DNA of 64,000 nt, taken from assembly GCA_965197585.1 (NCBI GenBank), contig OZ240215.1:1216001-1280000 (forward strand), given 5' to 3'. Positions 46,330 through 56,338 of this stretch are shown here, in pieces. The position numbers and the translations under genes are program-made. Source of the DNA: Dehalococcoidia bacterium. Its GTDB lineage: Bacteria; Chloroflexota; Dehalococcoidia; Plut-88900. Positions within the stretch are counted from its first letter, which is position 1. The number at the start of each line of letters is the position of its first letter. The notes under the pieces were generated by a model. That model worked only from the letters and a program-made list of their open reading frames with translations, ran no database searches and was not told the origin of the DNA.

Positions 46330-47300
46330 CCTACGCTTAATCTGTCCAGTGCCTTGAGCACCGGGGCTAGCTCTTCGGTTGTCTTCGGAGTGGTCGGGTC
46401 CAGACAAATCTGTATGTGAGATATGCCCTCGCGCTCGTAATTGAGTAATTCCTCGGCAATCGCTTCAGGAGAGCCCGAAAGGGGCTTCAAAGGAGCTTGC
46501 CCCACCAGCTGGTCGCTCGGAAGGCGGTCCCACCACGGGTCGGCATTGGCGTCGGCCATCAGTACGGCGTGGCTGCGCTCCAAAGTCGCCGGGTCCCGAC
46601 CCTGCTCCCGGCAAGCTTCATCGACAATCGGGCGCATTCTTTTCGCCCCTTCGACGCTGTTGAGCGTATCGTCGTAGTAGGCGTTCCACATATCGGCGTA
46701 TTTGGCCGTCAAGGCCATCATCCGTGGCCTGCTCGCCCCCATCAATATCGGAGGCCCCCCGGCCCGAGGCCCCAGCGGACGAAGCTCGCACTCCCTTGCG
46801 CTGTGAAACTTGCCTTCAAAGTCTATCTGGCCGTTCTTGAGCAGGCCGTGGACTATCTGGATCGCCTCTTCGAAACGGCCCACCTTGTAGTCAAATGGAA
46901 ACCCGTAGGAGTCATACTCGAACTTGTGGTACCCGGACCCCACACCCAGGATCAGCCTCCCACCGCTGATCTCCTCGACAGTGGAAGCCATCTTGGCAAG
47001 AAGGGCCGGATTTCGCCAACCCATAGCCAGCACCAATGTCCCTAGCTCCACGCGATTGGTGGTCGCCGCCAACGCCGAGAGGAGTGACCAGACTTCCCAC
47101 ACGCCTCGGGCCTGGTCTTCGCCGTCCAGCAGGTAAATGAGGTGGTCTACAAGCCAAATCGAGTCAAAGCCAACATCTTCAGCCAGAGCAGCGATTTCCC
47201 TGAGCTCTTTCCAATTGCTCATCCCCGGCCCTCGGAGGCCCTCCGTCTGGGGCAGCATCAACCCGACCTTCAATGTCCTCGAACCGCTTGCAACCGTCAT
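46326..47300 (-). CDS. LLM-class (possibly F420-dependent) oxidoreductase
   Basis: GFDSIWLVDH and RNPALLAKMASTVEEISGGRLILGVGSG motifs. Confidence 0.88.
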   Translation of the reverse strand: MTVASGSRTLKVGLMLPQTEGLRGPGMSNWKELREIAALAEDVGFDSIWLVDHLIYLLDGEDQARGVWEVWSLLSALAATTNRVELGTLVLAMGWRNPALLAKMASTVEEISGGRLILGVGSGYHKFEYDSYGFPFDYKVGRFEEAIQIVHGLLKNGQIDFEGKFHSARECELRPLGPRAGGPPILMGASRPRMMALTAKYADMWNAYYDDTLNSVEGAKRMRPIVDEACREQGRDPATLERSHAVLMADANADPWWDRLPSDQLVGQAPLKPLSGSPEAIAEELLNYEREGISHIQICLDPTTPKTTEELAPVLKALDRLSVG

Positions 47301-47452
47301 GTTTCACTCCTTGGACTATTTTGGGGATCCATTCCCCGAATGGTCGTTCACAACCCCTGGCGTACGAGGAAATTATATACTTGTGCGGGCTCCCGGCCAC
47401 CCGGGGGTGCCATTTTTCGGCGTCCCGGCGTGGCCTTACGTTCACCGTAACA

Positions 47453-47869
47453 ATGTCCTACAACTTCCTCATACTGACTGTCTGCACTTCTTTGTTCGCT
47501 TTGCGCGTGCTTGGGCAAGCATTGGTAGTGACCCGAGCCCCCCGTTGGCTTCCTTCCAACGAGCACTGGTACTCGGGGCTTCTGCCCTACAGATTTCTGC
47601 TGCCGGCCCAATTGCTCTTTCTGGCGATCATGATAGCGATAGCTCTGGCAGTCTATCGGGACGACGCATTTTTTGCGACTGACGGCTGGGGCCGAGCTGC
47701 GCCAATTCTCGTTGTCATTTCCGGGGTCTACTTCGTGTCGATGGCCCTCCGCTACGTCCTGACTATGGCGCTGCGCCCCGAGCGCAGGTGGTTCAAACGC
47801 ACCATCCCGATCTGGTTCCACATGGTACTGGCAATTGCTCTTTGGGCATTCGCCGACTACTTGCGGTAG
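47453..47869 (+). CDS. Hypothetical 4-TM membrane protein
   Basis: RVLGQ..WLP...WYSGLLPY..LLPAQ and IPIWFHMVLA segments; converges on and overlaps the FMO end. Confidence 0.65.
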   Translation: MSYNFLILTVCTSLFALRVLGQALVVTRAPRWLPSNEHWYSGLLPYRFLLPAQLLFLAIMIAIALAVYRDDAFFATDGWGRAAPILVVISGVYFVSMALRYVLTMALRPERRWFKRTIPIWFHMVLAIALWAFADYLR

Positions 47870-48990
47870 TTGCTCGATGCAATAAATCGTGCCACCCGTT
47901 TCGCGTCAATGCGAATATTGTAGAGACCGCCTCGTCCATCGTAGTTATGGCCGATGAAATATAGCCCTGAATAGTTTGCGCTGCACACCCTGTCTCTCCG
48001 GTCGCCGAATCCACACTCATCTCTGGCCCCGTAAACACCCATCCATTCAATTGCCGCACGATAACCGGTCGCAAGTATCACCTGGTTCCCTGCCCACTCG
48101 GAAGCATCCGAAAAACGGACGCCGCTCTCGGTCATTTTAGCCACCCCGGGCTTCAACTTTATCCGACCTGCTTCAATATGGTCCAGAATCCCGCGGCCGA
48201 TCACCGGGACGTCCGGACAGTCATCCTTCATCTGTTTTCTCGGTAGCCCGGCCGACCCTGGCCTAAGTAAGCCGCCTATCAGTCCCATCCCGCCCACAAT
48301 TCCCCTTTGTGCGGGCTTGGGGACACATGACATCATCCAGCCGAAATACTGGGTCGGGATGCCCGCGATGCTCTTCGGGATAACATTGGCCCCCGACCGG
48401 ACGGAGACTGTTACTTCTATCCCAGCTTCAGCCATCTCCGATGCTATCTCCGACCCCGAGTTCCCAATCCCCACCACCAACGCTCGCCGCCCTTGCCGAT
48501 CATCAGGTCGCCGATATTCCGTGCTGTGAAATAGCTGTCCTCCATAGGACGACATCCCATCGAAGTCCGGGACCACGGGCGAAGTCATTATGCCGGTGGC
48601 AACGACCACGGATCTCGCTGCATACTCGCCCCGCGTCGTTTCGACGACCCACGCACCGTTGTCCTGCCTCAGTCCGGTCACTTCCGTGCAGGCCCGTATG
48701 GGCAATGTAAACCTGTCGGCGTATCTTGCGATGTAGGAGGTGAATTCTGAAAGGGCCGGGAACAGGGACGTTTGAGCCGGGAACGACATTCCTGGTAGTG
48801 CGCTAAGGTGCTTGCCTGTGTGCAACCTCAGGCCGTCGTAGACGTGCCCCCACATCCAGCCTGCCTGTCCTCCTCGTTCGAGCACTACGTTGGAAATGCC
48901 TCGCATTCCCAGCTGTTGAGACGTCGCAAGTCCGGCTGGCCCTCCTCCCACTACGACAACGTCGAAGCTCTCAGCAGGCATGGTCTTCAC
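47857..48990 (-). CDS. Class B flavin-containing monooxygenase (YUCCA/ArsO-like)
   Basis: GGGPAG, YDGLRLHT, ATG, FHSTEY (FMO motif), GIGNSG and LATGY motifs. Confidence 0.88.
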   Translation of the reverse strand: MKTMPAESFDVVVVGGGPAGLATSQQLGMRGISNVVLERGGQAGWMWGHVYDGLRLHTGKHLSALPGMSFPAQTSLFPALSEFTSYIARYADRFTLPIRACTEVTGLRQDNGAWVVETTRGEYAARSVVVATGIMTSPVVPDFDGMSSYGGQLFHSTEYRRPDDRQGRRALVVGIGNSGSEIASEMAEAGIEVTVSVRSGANVIPKSIAGIPTQYFGWMMSCVPKPAQRGIVGGMGLIGGLLRPGSAGLPRKQMKDDCPDVPVIGRGILDHIEAGRIKLKPGVAKMTESGVRFSDASEWAGNQVILATGYRAAIEWMGVYGARDECGFGDRRDRVCSANYSGLYFIGHNYDGRGGLYNIRIDAKRVARFIASSNYRK

Positions 48991-49035
48991 TTTACCTCGA
49001 CGCTTATTTTCACCCGGCGGGAAGTGTCCATAGGC

Positions 49036-50694
49036 TTAGATGTTCAACTCCTTCACCACTTCCCCGTTGTCTTCCCCATCCGGCAGCCCCAGTAGCTCAT
49101 CTTTGAACTGGATGTCCCTCACGGCCCGAGCCAGCTTGGCCTCGACTCGCCGAGTTGACCAACCCTCCGACATTACTTGAATGATTGGAGCATGCAGCCG
49201 CCCCGACTTCCTCTTCTGCTCATACTCGATGTTCAGCCCCGACAACCCATCATCGATGGCTCTACCAAGTCTAAGCGCCGCCTCATCGGCAACCGGGTGC
49301 TCCTTGAATTCCAACTGCAACGCATACCGGGACTCCTCCGCCCGGGCCACTGCACGGTAATATTCGACCTTAACACCCACAGATGTCTGTGCTTCCCCCA
49401 CAGCCTGGATCAACTGCGACACGTGCAGCTTTTCACCCTCCAGGTTCACCATGTCCCGGCCCTTTCGCAGGAACTCCAACATCGGCGTCCCGTTGTGGAA
49501 TCCCGATACCCGCACAACGTCGTTGATGTCATACCGGTATAGGCCGTTTGGCGAGGTGATCAGGACGTAGTAGCTCTCGCCGCTCTCCAGTTGCCCAACC
49601 GTCAGGACGCTTGGAGCGTTGCTTTCAATCTCACCCTCTGGGATGAACTCGTAGAAATTGGCGCCAAGGGTCGGGATGCCCCTACATCCATCATCCTCGA
49701 TAGGCAGGGTCACGTACGCCTCACTTGAAAGATACCCGATGTCCCGGAATGGCGTTCCCTGCTGGAACCATGGCCGCAGCCTGTCCACAGTCGATCCCAC
49801 GCTCCCTCCCTTCCAGCACCCGACCAACGCAAGCTCGGGCCAATAGCCTTCCGGCCTCAGCGAACCCGAATCAGCCACCATTATCTCCAACGCCCGAGCC
49901 CGCTTCGGGTTCGGCTTAAGATGGGCCTTAACTTCCTCCCGTACTTCCACCGAGATATCAAATTCTCTGGAAAGAGAGCCGTCGTGGATGTCCTTTATCA
50001 GCCGGTCATGGTACCTGTCCGCGGTCGTGATAAGACGCAGGATTGTGCTGGGGTTGGGCGTAGCCACCAAGGACACCCGCTGCTCGATTGCGAACCGCAT
50101 GATCGCGTAGTATTTCGCCTCAAAGTCCTTGATGGTGAACAAGGGGTATGGCACGGCGTAACGCCGGCGTATGACCCAGGACGCTTTCTTGTATATATTC
50201 CCGGAAGCCGACCCGAATGGAATGCCGCTCTCCGTATGGCCCTCTATGGCCGGACTCACAATCACCAGTGTCTTGTGATCGAGCACCTTGGGATGGTCCA
50301 CGAGACACCGGTATAGCCACAGCCGAGACAGCCGTTTGGACATGCGCCCCGTGGCCCGTGTCACGGGGATGGACTTAGGCTGTCCGGACGTACCGCTCGT
50401 CAGCGCGAACATATACGGATCTTCGGCGGTCAGGACGCCGCGTTCCCCTCTCTTCACCTTGTCGACCCACGGGCGGAATGACTCATAGTCAGCGATGGGC
50501 ACGCAGCCCTGGTAATCTTCCACCGACTGCATCCCCGAAAAACCGTGTTCCCTCCCGTACGCCGTGTCCCGGTTAGTTCTCAGGATACGTCGAAGGAGCT
50601 TCCACTGGGCTTCCTCCGGGTGCTTGGTGATACTCTCGAACCTGCTCCACGACCACCGCCCCTTCAGCCCAGACAATTGAGAGACGAAGGACAT
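49036..50694 (-). CDS. GH3-family acyl-acid-amido synthetase
   Basis: TSGTSGQPK (motif I), GYLSSE (motif II), GLYRYDIND (motif III), FYEFIP and GEKL motifs. Confidence 0.9.
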   Translation of the reverse strand: MSFVSQLSGLKGRWSWSRFESITKHPEEAQWKLLRRILRTNRDTAYGREHGFSGMQSVEDYQGCVPIADYESFRPWVDKVKRGERGVLTAEDPYMFALTSGTSGQPKSIPVTRATGRMSKRLSRLWLYRCLVDHPKVLDHKTLVIVSPAIEGHTESGIPFGSASGNIYKKASWVIRRRYAVPYPLFTIKDFEAKYYAIMRFAIEQRVSLVATPNPSTILRLITTADRYHDRLIKDIHDGSLSREFDISVEVREEVKAHLKPNPKRARALEIMVADSGSLRPEGYWPELALVGCWKGGSVGSTVDRLRPWFQQGTPFRDIGYLSSEAYVTLPIEDDGCRGIPTLGANFYEFIPEGEIESNAPSVLTVGQLESGESYYVLITSPNGLYRYDINDVVRVSGFHNGTPMLEFLRKGRDMVNLEGEKLHVSQLIQAVGEAQTSVGVKVEYYRAVARAEESRYALQLEFKEHPVADEAALRLGRAIDDGLSGLNIEYEQKRKSGRLHAPIIQVMSEGWSTRRVEAKLARAVRDIQFKDELLGLPDGEDNGEVVKELNI

Positions 50695-50696
50695 AT

Positions 50697-52577
50697 CTAG
50701 CCTCCGCCTTTCACCTTCACAATGTCGTCTGCGAGTCTTTCAAGGGTTTCGTCGTCAACCTCAACCCCCAGCCCGGCGCCCATCACCAGAGACCCTCGGC
50801 CCTCGTACCCAAACATCACCGGGTCCCGGGTGATATCTTCACTCAGCAGGTGTGTCCCGAACGAGCCTTCCACGTACTCTACTTCCTGTAAATGCGCCGC
50901 GAGATGCCGTCCCGCCGCCGACAACAGCGACGTCTCCCCAACTTGCGCCCCCACCTGCACCTTTACCCCTGACTCCAATCCAAGTTCCGCTATCCGCAAC
51001 GAAGAGATTAACCCTCCGCACTTCGAGACCCGGACGTTGAACACATCACATGCCTTTTCTCGGATAAGGTTGACGGCATCATCAAAGGTGACCAGCGATT
51101 CGTCGGCAATAACGTTAAGCCCGGTCTCTTGCCGGACGCGCCGCATGCCTTCCAGATCAGATGCTGCAACCGGTTGCTCAACTACAGTTATGTCAAACGT
51201 CCGTAGCTGATTCAAAGCCGAGACAGCTTCGCGCCCGGACCAGGCGCCATTGGCATCCACCCTGATTTTTACATCCTTCCCGACAACATCCCTGACCCCT
51301 CCCACCCTTTCCACGTCCTTCTCCACCCCGACTTTTACTTTAAGATTCGTAAACCCGGCTTGGATATACCGTTCCGCCGTGGCACGCGCTATGTGCGGGT
51401 CGGTCGCATCTATCAAACCGGTGTACATCACATGCCCTCTGACCGGCCCCAGCCATGAGGCAATAGACTCCCCGGAACGCTTGAAAGCCCAGTCCAGTAA
51501 GGCTAGCTCCAAAGCGCACATTGTTGTGTTCCAGGCCACAACATCAGAGCCCTTCGAAAGGCGTTCAGCCCACTCTTCCACGAAAGATCCAATCTGTTCC
51601 ACAGCCCCCACCCCCGAACCGAACTCCAGCTTCATCACCTCCGCCCCAATCCTGTCCTTCAGTGCTTCGACCACCCCGGCCACGTCCTCCCCGGTAACAT
51701 AGGCCCTCGGCAACCCCTCCCCGTACCCCCTCAACCCGTCCCTCCCCGTTAGCCGTACAACTACTGAATCGCTGGTCGAGCGGCTCGTCTTGGAGTGTAC
51801 GAAGGCTCGATTAAACGGGATATGCAGGGGAAATACTTCCAGGCTCACGATCCTGCTCGGCCCCTGCCTCCGACCCAGCTTGGTGCCTCTAGGAAAATAC
51901 CGTTTCAGCACAACGTTACGCACAAACGTCCTGCTCAGTATCTGTTCCACTTCATCGGGGCGGAAACCGTAGTAAGAAATGTAACCCTGAAGTGTTCGCT
52001 TCCCTTCCTCCGCATGACGAACGTCAACTTCCCCATGCAGTGTGAACCACTGCACCGCCTCCTCGGAAAGCCCGTAGTGCCCGGTCATCGACTCCGCTAT
52101 TCCGTCGCTCGCCCGAGACAGGAACAGCTCGAATGCAACGGTTTCCAGCAGCATCGAGAGTCCCAAGTCTCTGAGGCTCTCATACGGCACCCTCTCCGAC
52201 CCAAACTCCCGTCGAGCCTCGTCCGCCTCGGCATTGAGCCGTATTACGTCGGCTTCCGTAAACCCGACACCCCTGGCCAGGTCTATCAGCATCTCCGGGT
52301 GCGCCTTTTCTCCCTCGTCCAGCCCCATCTCCTCCATCAGGTTCCCCTTAACCATGTCCGCAGCGTCCCGTGGAGCCACGGCAAACAGAAACGACAATAT
52401 CTGCACAGAGTTGAGATGCGTGACGATGAAGTTACGGAAGAATTCGCGCAGGTCTCCTCGGGCCATATCGCCCGACAGTATGGCCTTAACGCGAGGGTCG
52501 GCTAGAGCCCCAGTCGCAGTTCCTTCCAGGGTTTTCTTTATTGTGGTCTCAATCGAACTATGTAATGTGTCTGGCAA
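50697..52577 (-). CDS. Fusion of a heme-oxygenase-like diiron oxidase (CADD/PqqC fold) and an enolase-superfamily (muconate-lactonizing-enzyme subgroup) domain
   Basis: N-terminal EEMG..EKAH, AFE and HGEVDVRH metal ligands; C-terminal GYGE, KVKVG, VDAN, VEQP, ADES and SKCGG motifs. Confidence 0.82.
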   Translation of the reverse strand: MPDTLHSSIETTIKKTLEGTATGALADPRVKAILSGDMARGDLREFFRNFIVTHLNSVQILSFLFAVAPRDAADMVKGNLMEEMGLDEGEKAHPEMLIDLARGVGFTEADVIRLNAEADEARREFGSERVPYESLRDLGLSMLLETVAFELFLSRASDGIAESMTGHYGLSEEAVQWFTLHGEVDVRHAEEGKRTLQGYISYYGFRPDEVEQILSRTFVRNVVLKRYFPRGTKLGRRQGPSRIVSLEVFPLHIPFNRAFVHSKTSRSTSDSVVVRLTGRDGLRGYGEGLPRAYVTGEDVAGVVEALKDRIGAEVMKLEFGSGVGAVEQIGSFVEEWAERLSKGSDVVAWNTTMCALELALLDWAFKRSGESIASWLGPVRGHVMYTGLIDATDPHIARATAERYIQAGFTNLKVKVGVEKDVERVGGVRDVVGKDVKIRVDANGAWSGREAVSALNQLRTFDITVVEQPVAASDLEGMRRVRQETGLNVIADESLVTFDDAVNLIREKACDVFNVRVSKCGGLISSLRIAELGLESGVKVQVGAQVGETSLLSAAGRHLAAHLQEVEYVEGSFGTHLLSEDITRDPVMFGYEGRGSLVMGAGLGVEVDDETLERLADDIVKVKGGG

Positions 52578-52600
52578 AGATGCTCACTTTCCTAATCGAC

Positions 52601-54811
52601 TCATGCGTCCGAAAGCTTCCCTTCCTGACGCAGGTGTAACCGGGCTAACTTCAATTCCTCGTAGTCAAACTCGTCCCCAAGCCGCTCTTTCACAGGCCCG
52701 AGCAAGGCGCTCCCGGACTCCCGGAACGCTTCTTCGATAACGCCCAGTCTTTCGGGCTCAGGGGTAACACGAGTGAGGTCCAACTGAATTCCCTGGTAGG
52801 CAATTCGTTCCATATGCCCAATAACGGTATTCTTGGCCAGACCCCGCTCGTTGGCTATCTGGTCGATTGACAGTCCTTGCGCCAGCATCTCTCTTGTAGT
52901 TTCGTGAGTGCCGCTCAAGGCTCCGTCGCGAGAATCTCCGTTTCGGTTTGCGCCTCCACTCCGAGGCGCCAGTGCCGGCAGTTCAACGCCCGTCGGCACT
53001 TCCACATTGTTCGCCTCAACATACTCCTTGATAACGCTGACGAATTCAGGGCCGTATTCCTGCAGCTTCACCTCCCCAACCCCGTGCATCCGAGAAAACT
53101 CCTCTTTGCTGCATGGGTAAGCTGCGGACATGTGGCGCAGGGATACATCGCCGAATACAACGTAAGGTGGGACGCCGCGTTCATCGGCCAGCCGCTTCCG
53201 CAATGCACGCAGCTCTTGAAAAAGGGCTTCATCGTATTTGAACGCATCGCCACCGGGCCTCGACCTAGTGGACCGTCTGTCCATTGACGGCTTGACCAGT
53301 GTTAGCGACTCCCGTTGCTTGAGGAATGCCCAGCCCTCGGGGGAGAGGGAAAGGGTAGGATAGTCCCCTTCGTTTCGAACCAGCAGTCCTTTCGCCTGAA
53401 TCTGGCCGAAGACCTCTTTGAGTTGACGCTTGCTGAAGTCTTTGACAATGCCGTAAACGCTCAATTGGTCGTGCCCCAATGCCAACACCCGCTTGTCCCG
53501 GCTCCCGACCAGCACGTCGATCACGTGGTTCGCCCCGAACCTCTCATCGGTCCGCACCACTGCCGAGAGTACTTTCTGAGCCACTTCCGTGGCGTCGAAT
53601 CTGTTGTCGGTATCGAGGCAGATATCACATGCCCCGCAGTCTTCCTCCTTCCATTCCTCTCCGAAATACCTGAGCAGGAATCGCCGTCGGCAGGTTGGAA
53701 GCTGGGCGTATTCCACCATCTTGTCCAGCTTCTGCTGGGCGTTGCGCCGCTCCCTCTCATCCTCCATCTGCCCGATGAAATACTCCTGTTTCACCCTGTC
53801 GCCAAGAGTGAAGAAAAGGACACAGTCGCTTGGCAGCCCGTCCCTCCCGGCCCGGCCCGTTTCCTGATAGTAACCCTCCACCGACTTCGGCAGATTGTGA
53901 TGGACGACCAGCCTCACATCCGGTTTGTCGATGCCCATGCCAAAAGCAATGGTGGCAACTATTATGGGAACCCTGTCACGGATGAAATCGTCCTGGGTCC
54001 GCCTCCGGAGCTCAGGCGTCAGTCCCGCATGGTATGGAAGGGCGGAAAAACCCTGGCCGTTCAACTGGCGCGCTAGGTCCTCGGTCTCCTGGCGCGAGAA
54101 GCAGTAAATGATGACCGACTCGTCCCGGTGCTTTTCAAGGAGTGAGATCAGCTCCCCCCAGGAGTCCGTCTTGGGCCGCACCGAGTAGCTGAGGTTCGCC
54201 CTGTTGAAGCTCGACAGGAACACCCGACCCCGCTCCAGCCCCAGCTGCTGGACGATGTCCTCCCGCACCTTCTCGGTGGCGGTGGCAGTCAGCGCAATCA
54301 CCGGCACCGACGGAAAGTCCCGCCTCAGGTCCAGCAGGTTGCGGTAATCCGGCCGGAACTCGTGGCCCCACTCGGAGATGCAGTGAGCCTCATCAATGGC
54401 GATTAAACTCAGGTCCACCTCTTGAAGAAACCGTCGAAACAGAGGCGCAGGAAGACGTTCGGGCGCCACGTACAGGAGCTTGACAAGACCGGCCCTCACA
54501 TCGCTCTGCACCCGGTCTATCTCTTTCCAGGACAGGGAGCTGTTGATAAACCGGGCGGCTATCCCATTGGCATTCAGCGCATCCACTTGGTCCTTCATCA
54601 GTGCGATGAGTGGAGAGACGACCAACGTGACCCCTTCGAATATCAATGCAGGCAGTTGATAACAGAGCGACTTCCCACCCCCTGTGGGCATCAGCGCAAG
54701 GCTGTCCCGACCGGCCAGCACATTGCCGATTATCTCGCCCTGCGGCGCCCAGAAGCTGTCATAGCCGAAGCGCGACCTCAGGACGGCAAGTGTATCGACA
54801 GTATCGTTCAT
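52601..54811 (-). CDS. recQ: ATP-dependent DNA helicase RecQ
   Basis: MPTGGGKSLCYQ, IDEAHCISEWGH, ALTATA, AFGMGID and YYQETGRAGRDG motifs; Zn-binding Cys, RQC, HRDC and C-terminal HTH domains. Start set at ATG 54811. Confidence 0.95.
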   Translation of the reverse strand: MNDTVDTLAVLRSRFGYDSFWAPQGEIIGNVLAGRDSLALMPTGGGKSLCYQLPALIFEGVTLVVSPLIALMKDQVDALNANGIAARFINSSLSWKEIDRVQSDVRAGLVKLLYVAPERLPAPLFRRFLQEVDLSLIAIDEAHCISEWGHEFRPDYRNLLDLRRDFPSVPVIALTATATEKVREDIVQQLGLERGRVFLSSFNRANLSYSVRPKTDSWGELISLLEKHRDESVIIYCFSRQETEDLARQLNGQGFSALPYHAGLTPELRRRTQDDFIRDRVPIIVATIAFGMGIDKPDVRLVVHHNLPKSVEGYYQETGRAGRDGLPSDCVLFFTLGDRVKQEYFIGQMEDERERRNAQQKLDKMVEYAQLPTCRRRFLLRYFGEEWKEEDCGACDICLDTDNRFDATEVAQKVLSAVVRTDERFGANHVIDVLVGSRDKRVLALGHDQLSVYGIVKDFSKRQLKEVFGQIQAKGLLVRNEGDYPTLSLSPEGWAFLKQRESLTLVKPSMDRRSTRSRPGGDAFKYDEALFQELRALRKRLADERGVPPYVVFGDVSLRHMSAAYPCSKEEFSRMHGVGEVKLQEYGPEFVSVIKEYVEANNVEVPTGVELPALAPRSGGANRNGDSRDGALSGTHETTREMLAQGLSIDQIANERGLAKNTVIGHMERIAYQGIQLDLTRVTPEPERLGVIEEAFRESGSALLGPVKERLGDEFDYEELKLARLHLRQEGKLSDA

Positions 54812-55055
54812 GGTGTGAGAAGCCCAACTCCCGAGGGCGACCAACGGGCCCGAGGTCATATTACCCTTAATGCAGAGCGGAAAGAAGCTTGGATGCCGGA
54901 ATGCACCACGTAGGTTCCGGTTGTGTGACAGCGTGATCGAGTAGTGGAAACCATCTCTTGAGTCCTGCCAGTCAACCCGACCTCCACACACTCACCCCTA
55001 TATAATACCGACAAGCAAGCATTGACCCCGCAAAAGTTAGTTAAGGCATTCAACA

Positions 55056-56318
55056 ATGCTCCAAGGCTCCTTGGATAAAGGCCCTGGCCCCCTCACCGGA
55101 GTAAGAGTCCTCGATTTCACCAGGGCTCTTGCAGGCCCCTTCTGTACCCGTCTCCTCTGCGACCTGGGAGCCGAGGTCATCAAGATCGAGCCCCCTCCCG
55201 GCGACCAGTCCCGAGACTTCATGTACGTAACCGAGGAGGGCATTAGCGGTTACTTCATGCAGCATAATGTCGGGAAAAAGGGCCTTTGCATCGACCTGCG
55301 CTTGCCATCCGGAATCGCGCTTGCGAAGGCACTGGCAGATCTCTCCGACGTAGTCGTCGAAAATTACAGACCTGGTGTCATGGGCCGCCTCGGGCTCGAC
55401 TACCCTACCCTTACCAAGACTAATCCCGGACTCGTGATGTGCTCCATATCGGGATACGGGCAGGAAGGCAGCTACGTCCATAGGCCCGCTGCCGATCACA
55501 CTGCCCAGGCCATGAGCGGCGTAGCACATCTCAACGGAGACCCCGATGGCCGCCCTCGACTCGTTGGGACCGCTGTAGGCGACACCGTAGGAGGTGCCCA
55601 TGCCTTCGGGGCAATCTGTGCCGCTCTATACAGGAGGGCTGTAACCCAAAAGGGCGAATACATAGACCTCTCCCTGGTCGACAGCCTGATTTGGCAAAAC
55701 GAGTGGGCCTTCGAGTATCGCCTCCTGAGCGGTGGCCGGGACCTCCCCAAGAAGAACAGACCCGTGGTCAACGTGCATGGCATCTACAAGGCACGGGACG
55801 GCTACATCACACTCGCCGCTGTCACTCAGGAAGGCTGGGAAAACCTGACGAGAGTCATGGAAAGGCCTGAATTGGCCTCCGACCCTCGATTCCTCACTCC
55901 ACGGGATAGAGAGCTACGCTGGAAAGACGTAGATCAAATCATCGAAGACTGGGTGATGACCTTCCCCTCGGCCCGAGCCGCCGTCCACGCTTTTACCGAC
56001 ATCGGAGGCCTCGTAGGCAGCGAAGTGCTCTCCGTCCCCGATGTGCTGGAAGACCCTCGCATGGAGGAAAGAGGCCTGTTAGCTGATGTGGTAGATCCAG
56101 TGCTGGGGCCTGTAAAGGTGCTCAACTCACCTTTCAAGTTCACCGACTCCATGTCCGGGCCTCGAGCCCACGCGCCCTTACGCGGTGAGCACACCGTCCC
56201 CGTCCTCCGAGGCTTGTTGGGACTGTCAAGGGAGCGAGTCCTGGAGCTGATGGGGGAAGGCGCTGTCATCATCGAAGATCGTGCCGTCGAAGGAGCCTTG
56301 CGAGACCTGGGCGTTTAA
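55056..56318 (+). CDS. Family III CoA-transferase (CaiB/BaiF)
   Basis: LAGPFC..LCDLGAEVIKIEPP, ENYRPG and SISGYGQ motifs. Confidence 0.9.
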   Translation: MLQGSLDKGPGPLTGVRVLDFTRALAGPFCTRLLCDLGAEVIKIEPPPGDQSRDFMYVTEEGISGYFMQHNVGKKGLCIDLRLPSGIALAKALADLSDVVVENYRPGVMGRLGLDYPTLTKTNPGLVMCSISGYGQEGSYVHRPAADHTAQAMSGVAHLNGDPDGRPRLVGTAVGDTVGGAHAFGAICAALYRRAVTQKGEYIDLSLVDSLIWQNEWAFEYRLLSGGRDLPKKNRPVVNVHGIYKARDGYITLAAVTQEGWENLTRVMERPELASDPRFLTPRDRELRWKDVDQIIEDWVMTFPSARAAVHAFTDIGGLVGSEVLSVPDVLEDPRMEERGLLADVVDPVLGPVKVLNSPFKFTDSMSGPRAHAPLRGEHTVPVLRGLLGLSRERVLELMGEGAVIIEDRAVEGALRDLGV

Positions 56319-56338
56319 TACCTTGAGCCGGAGGAGCC

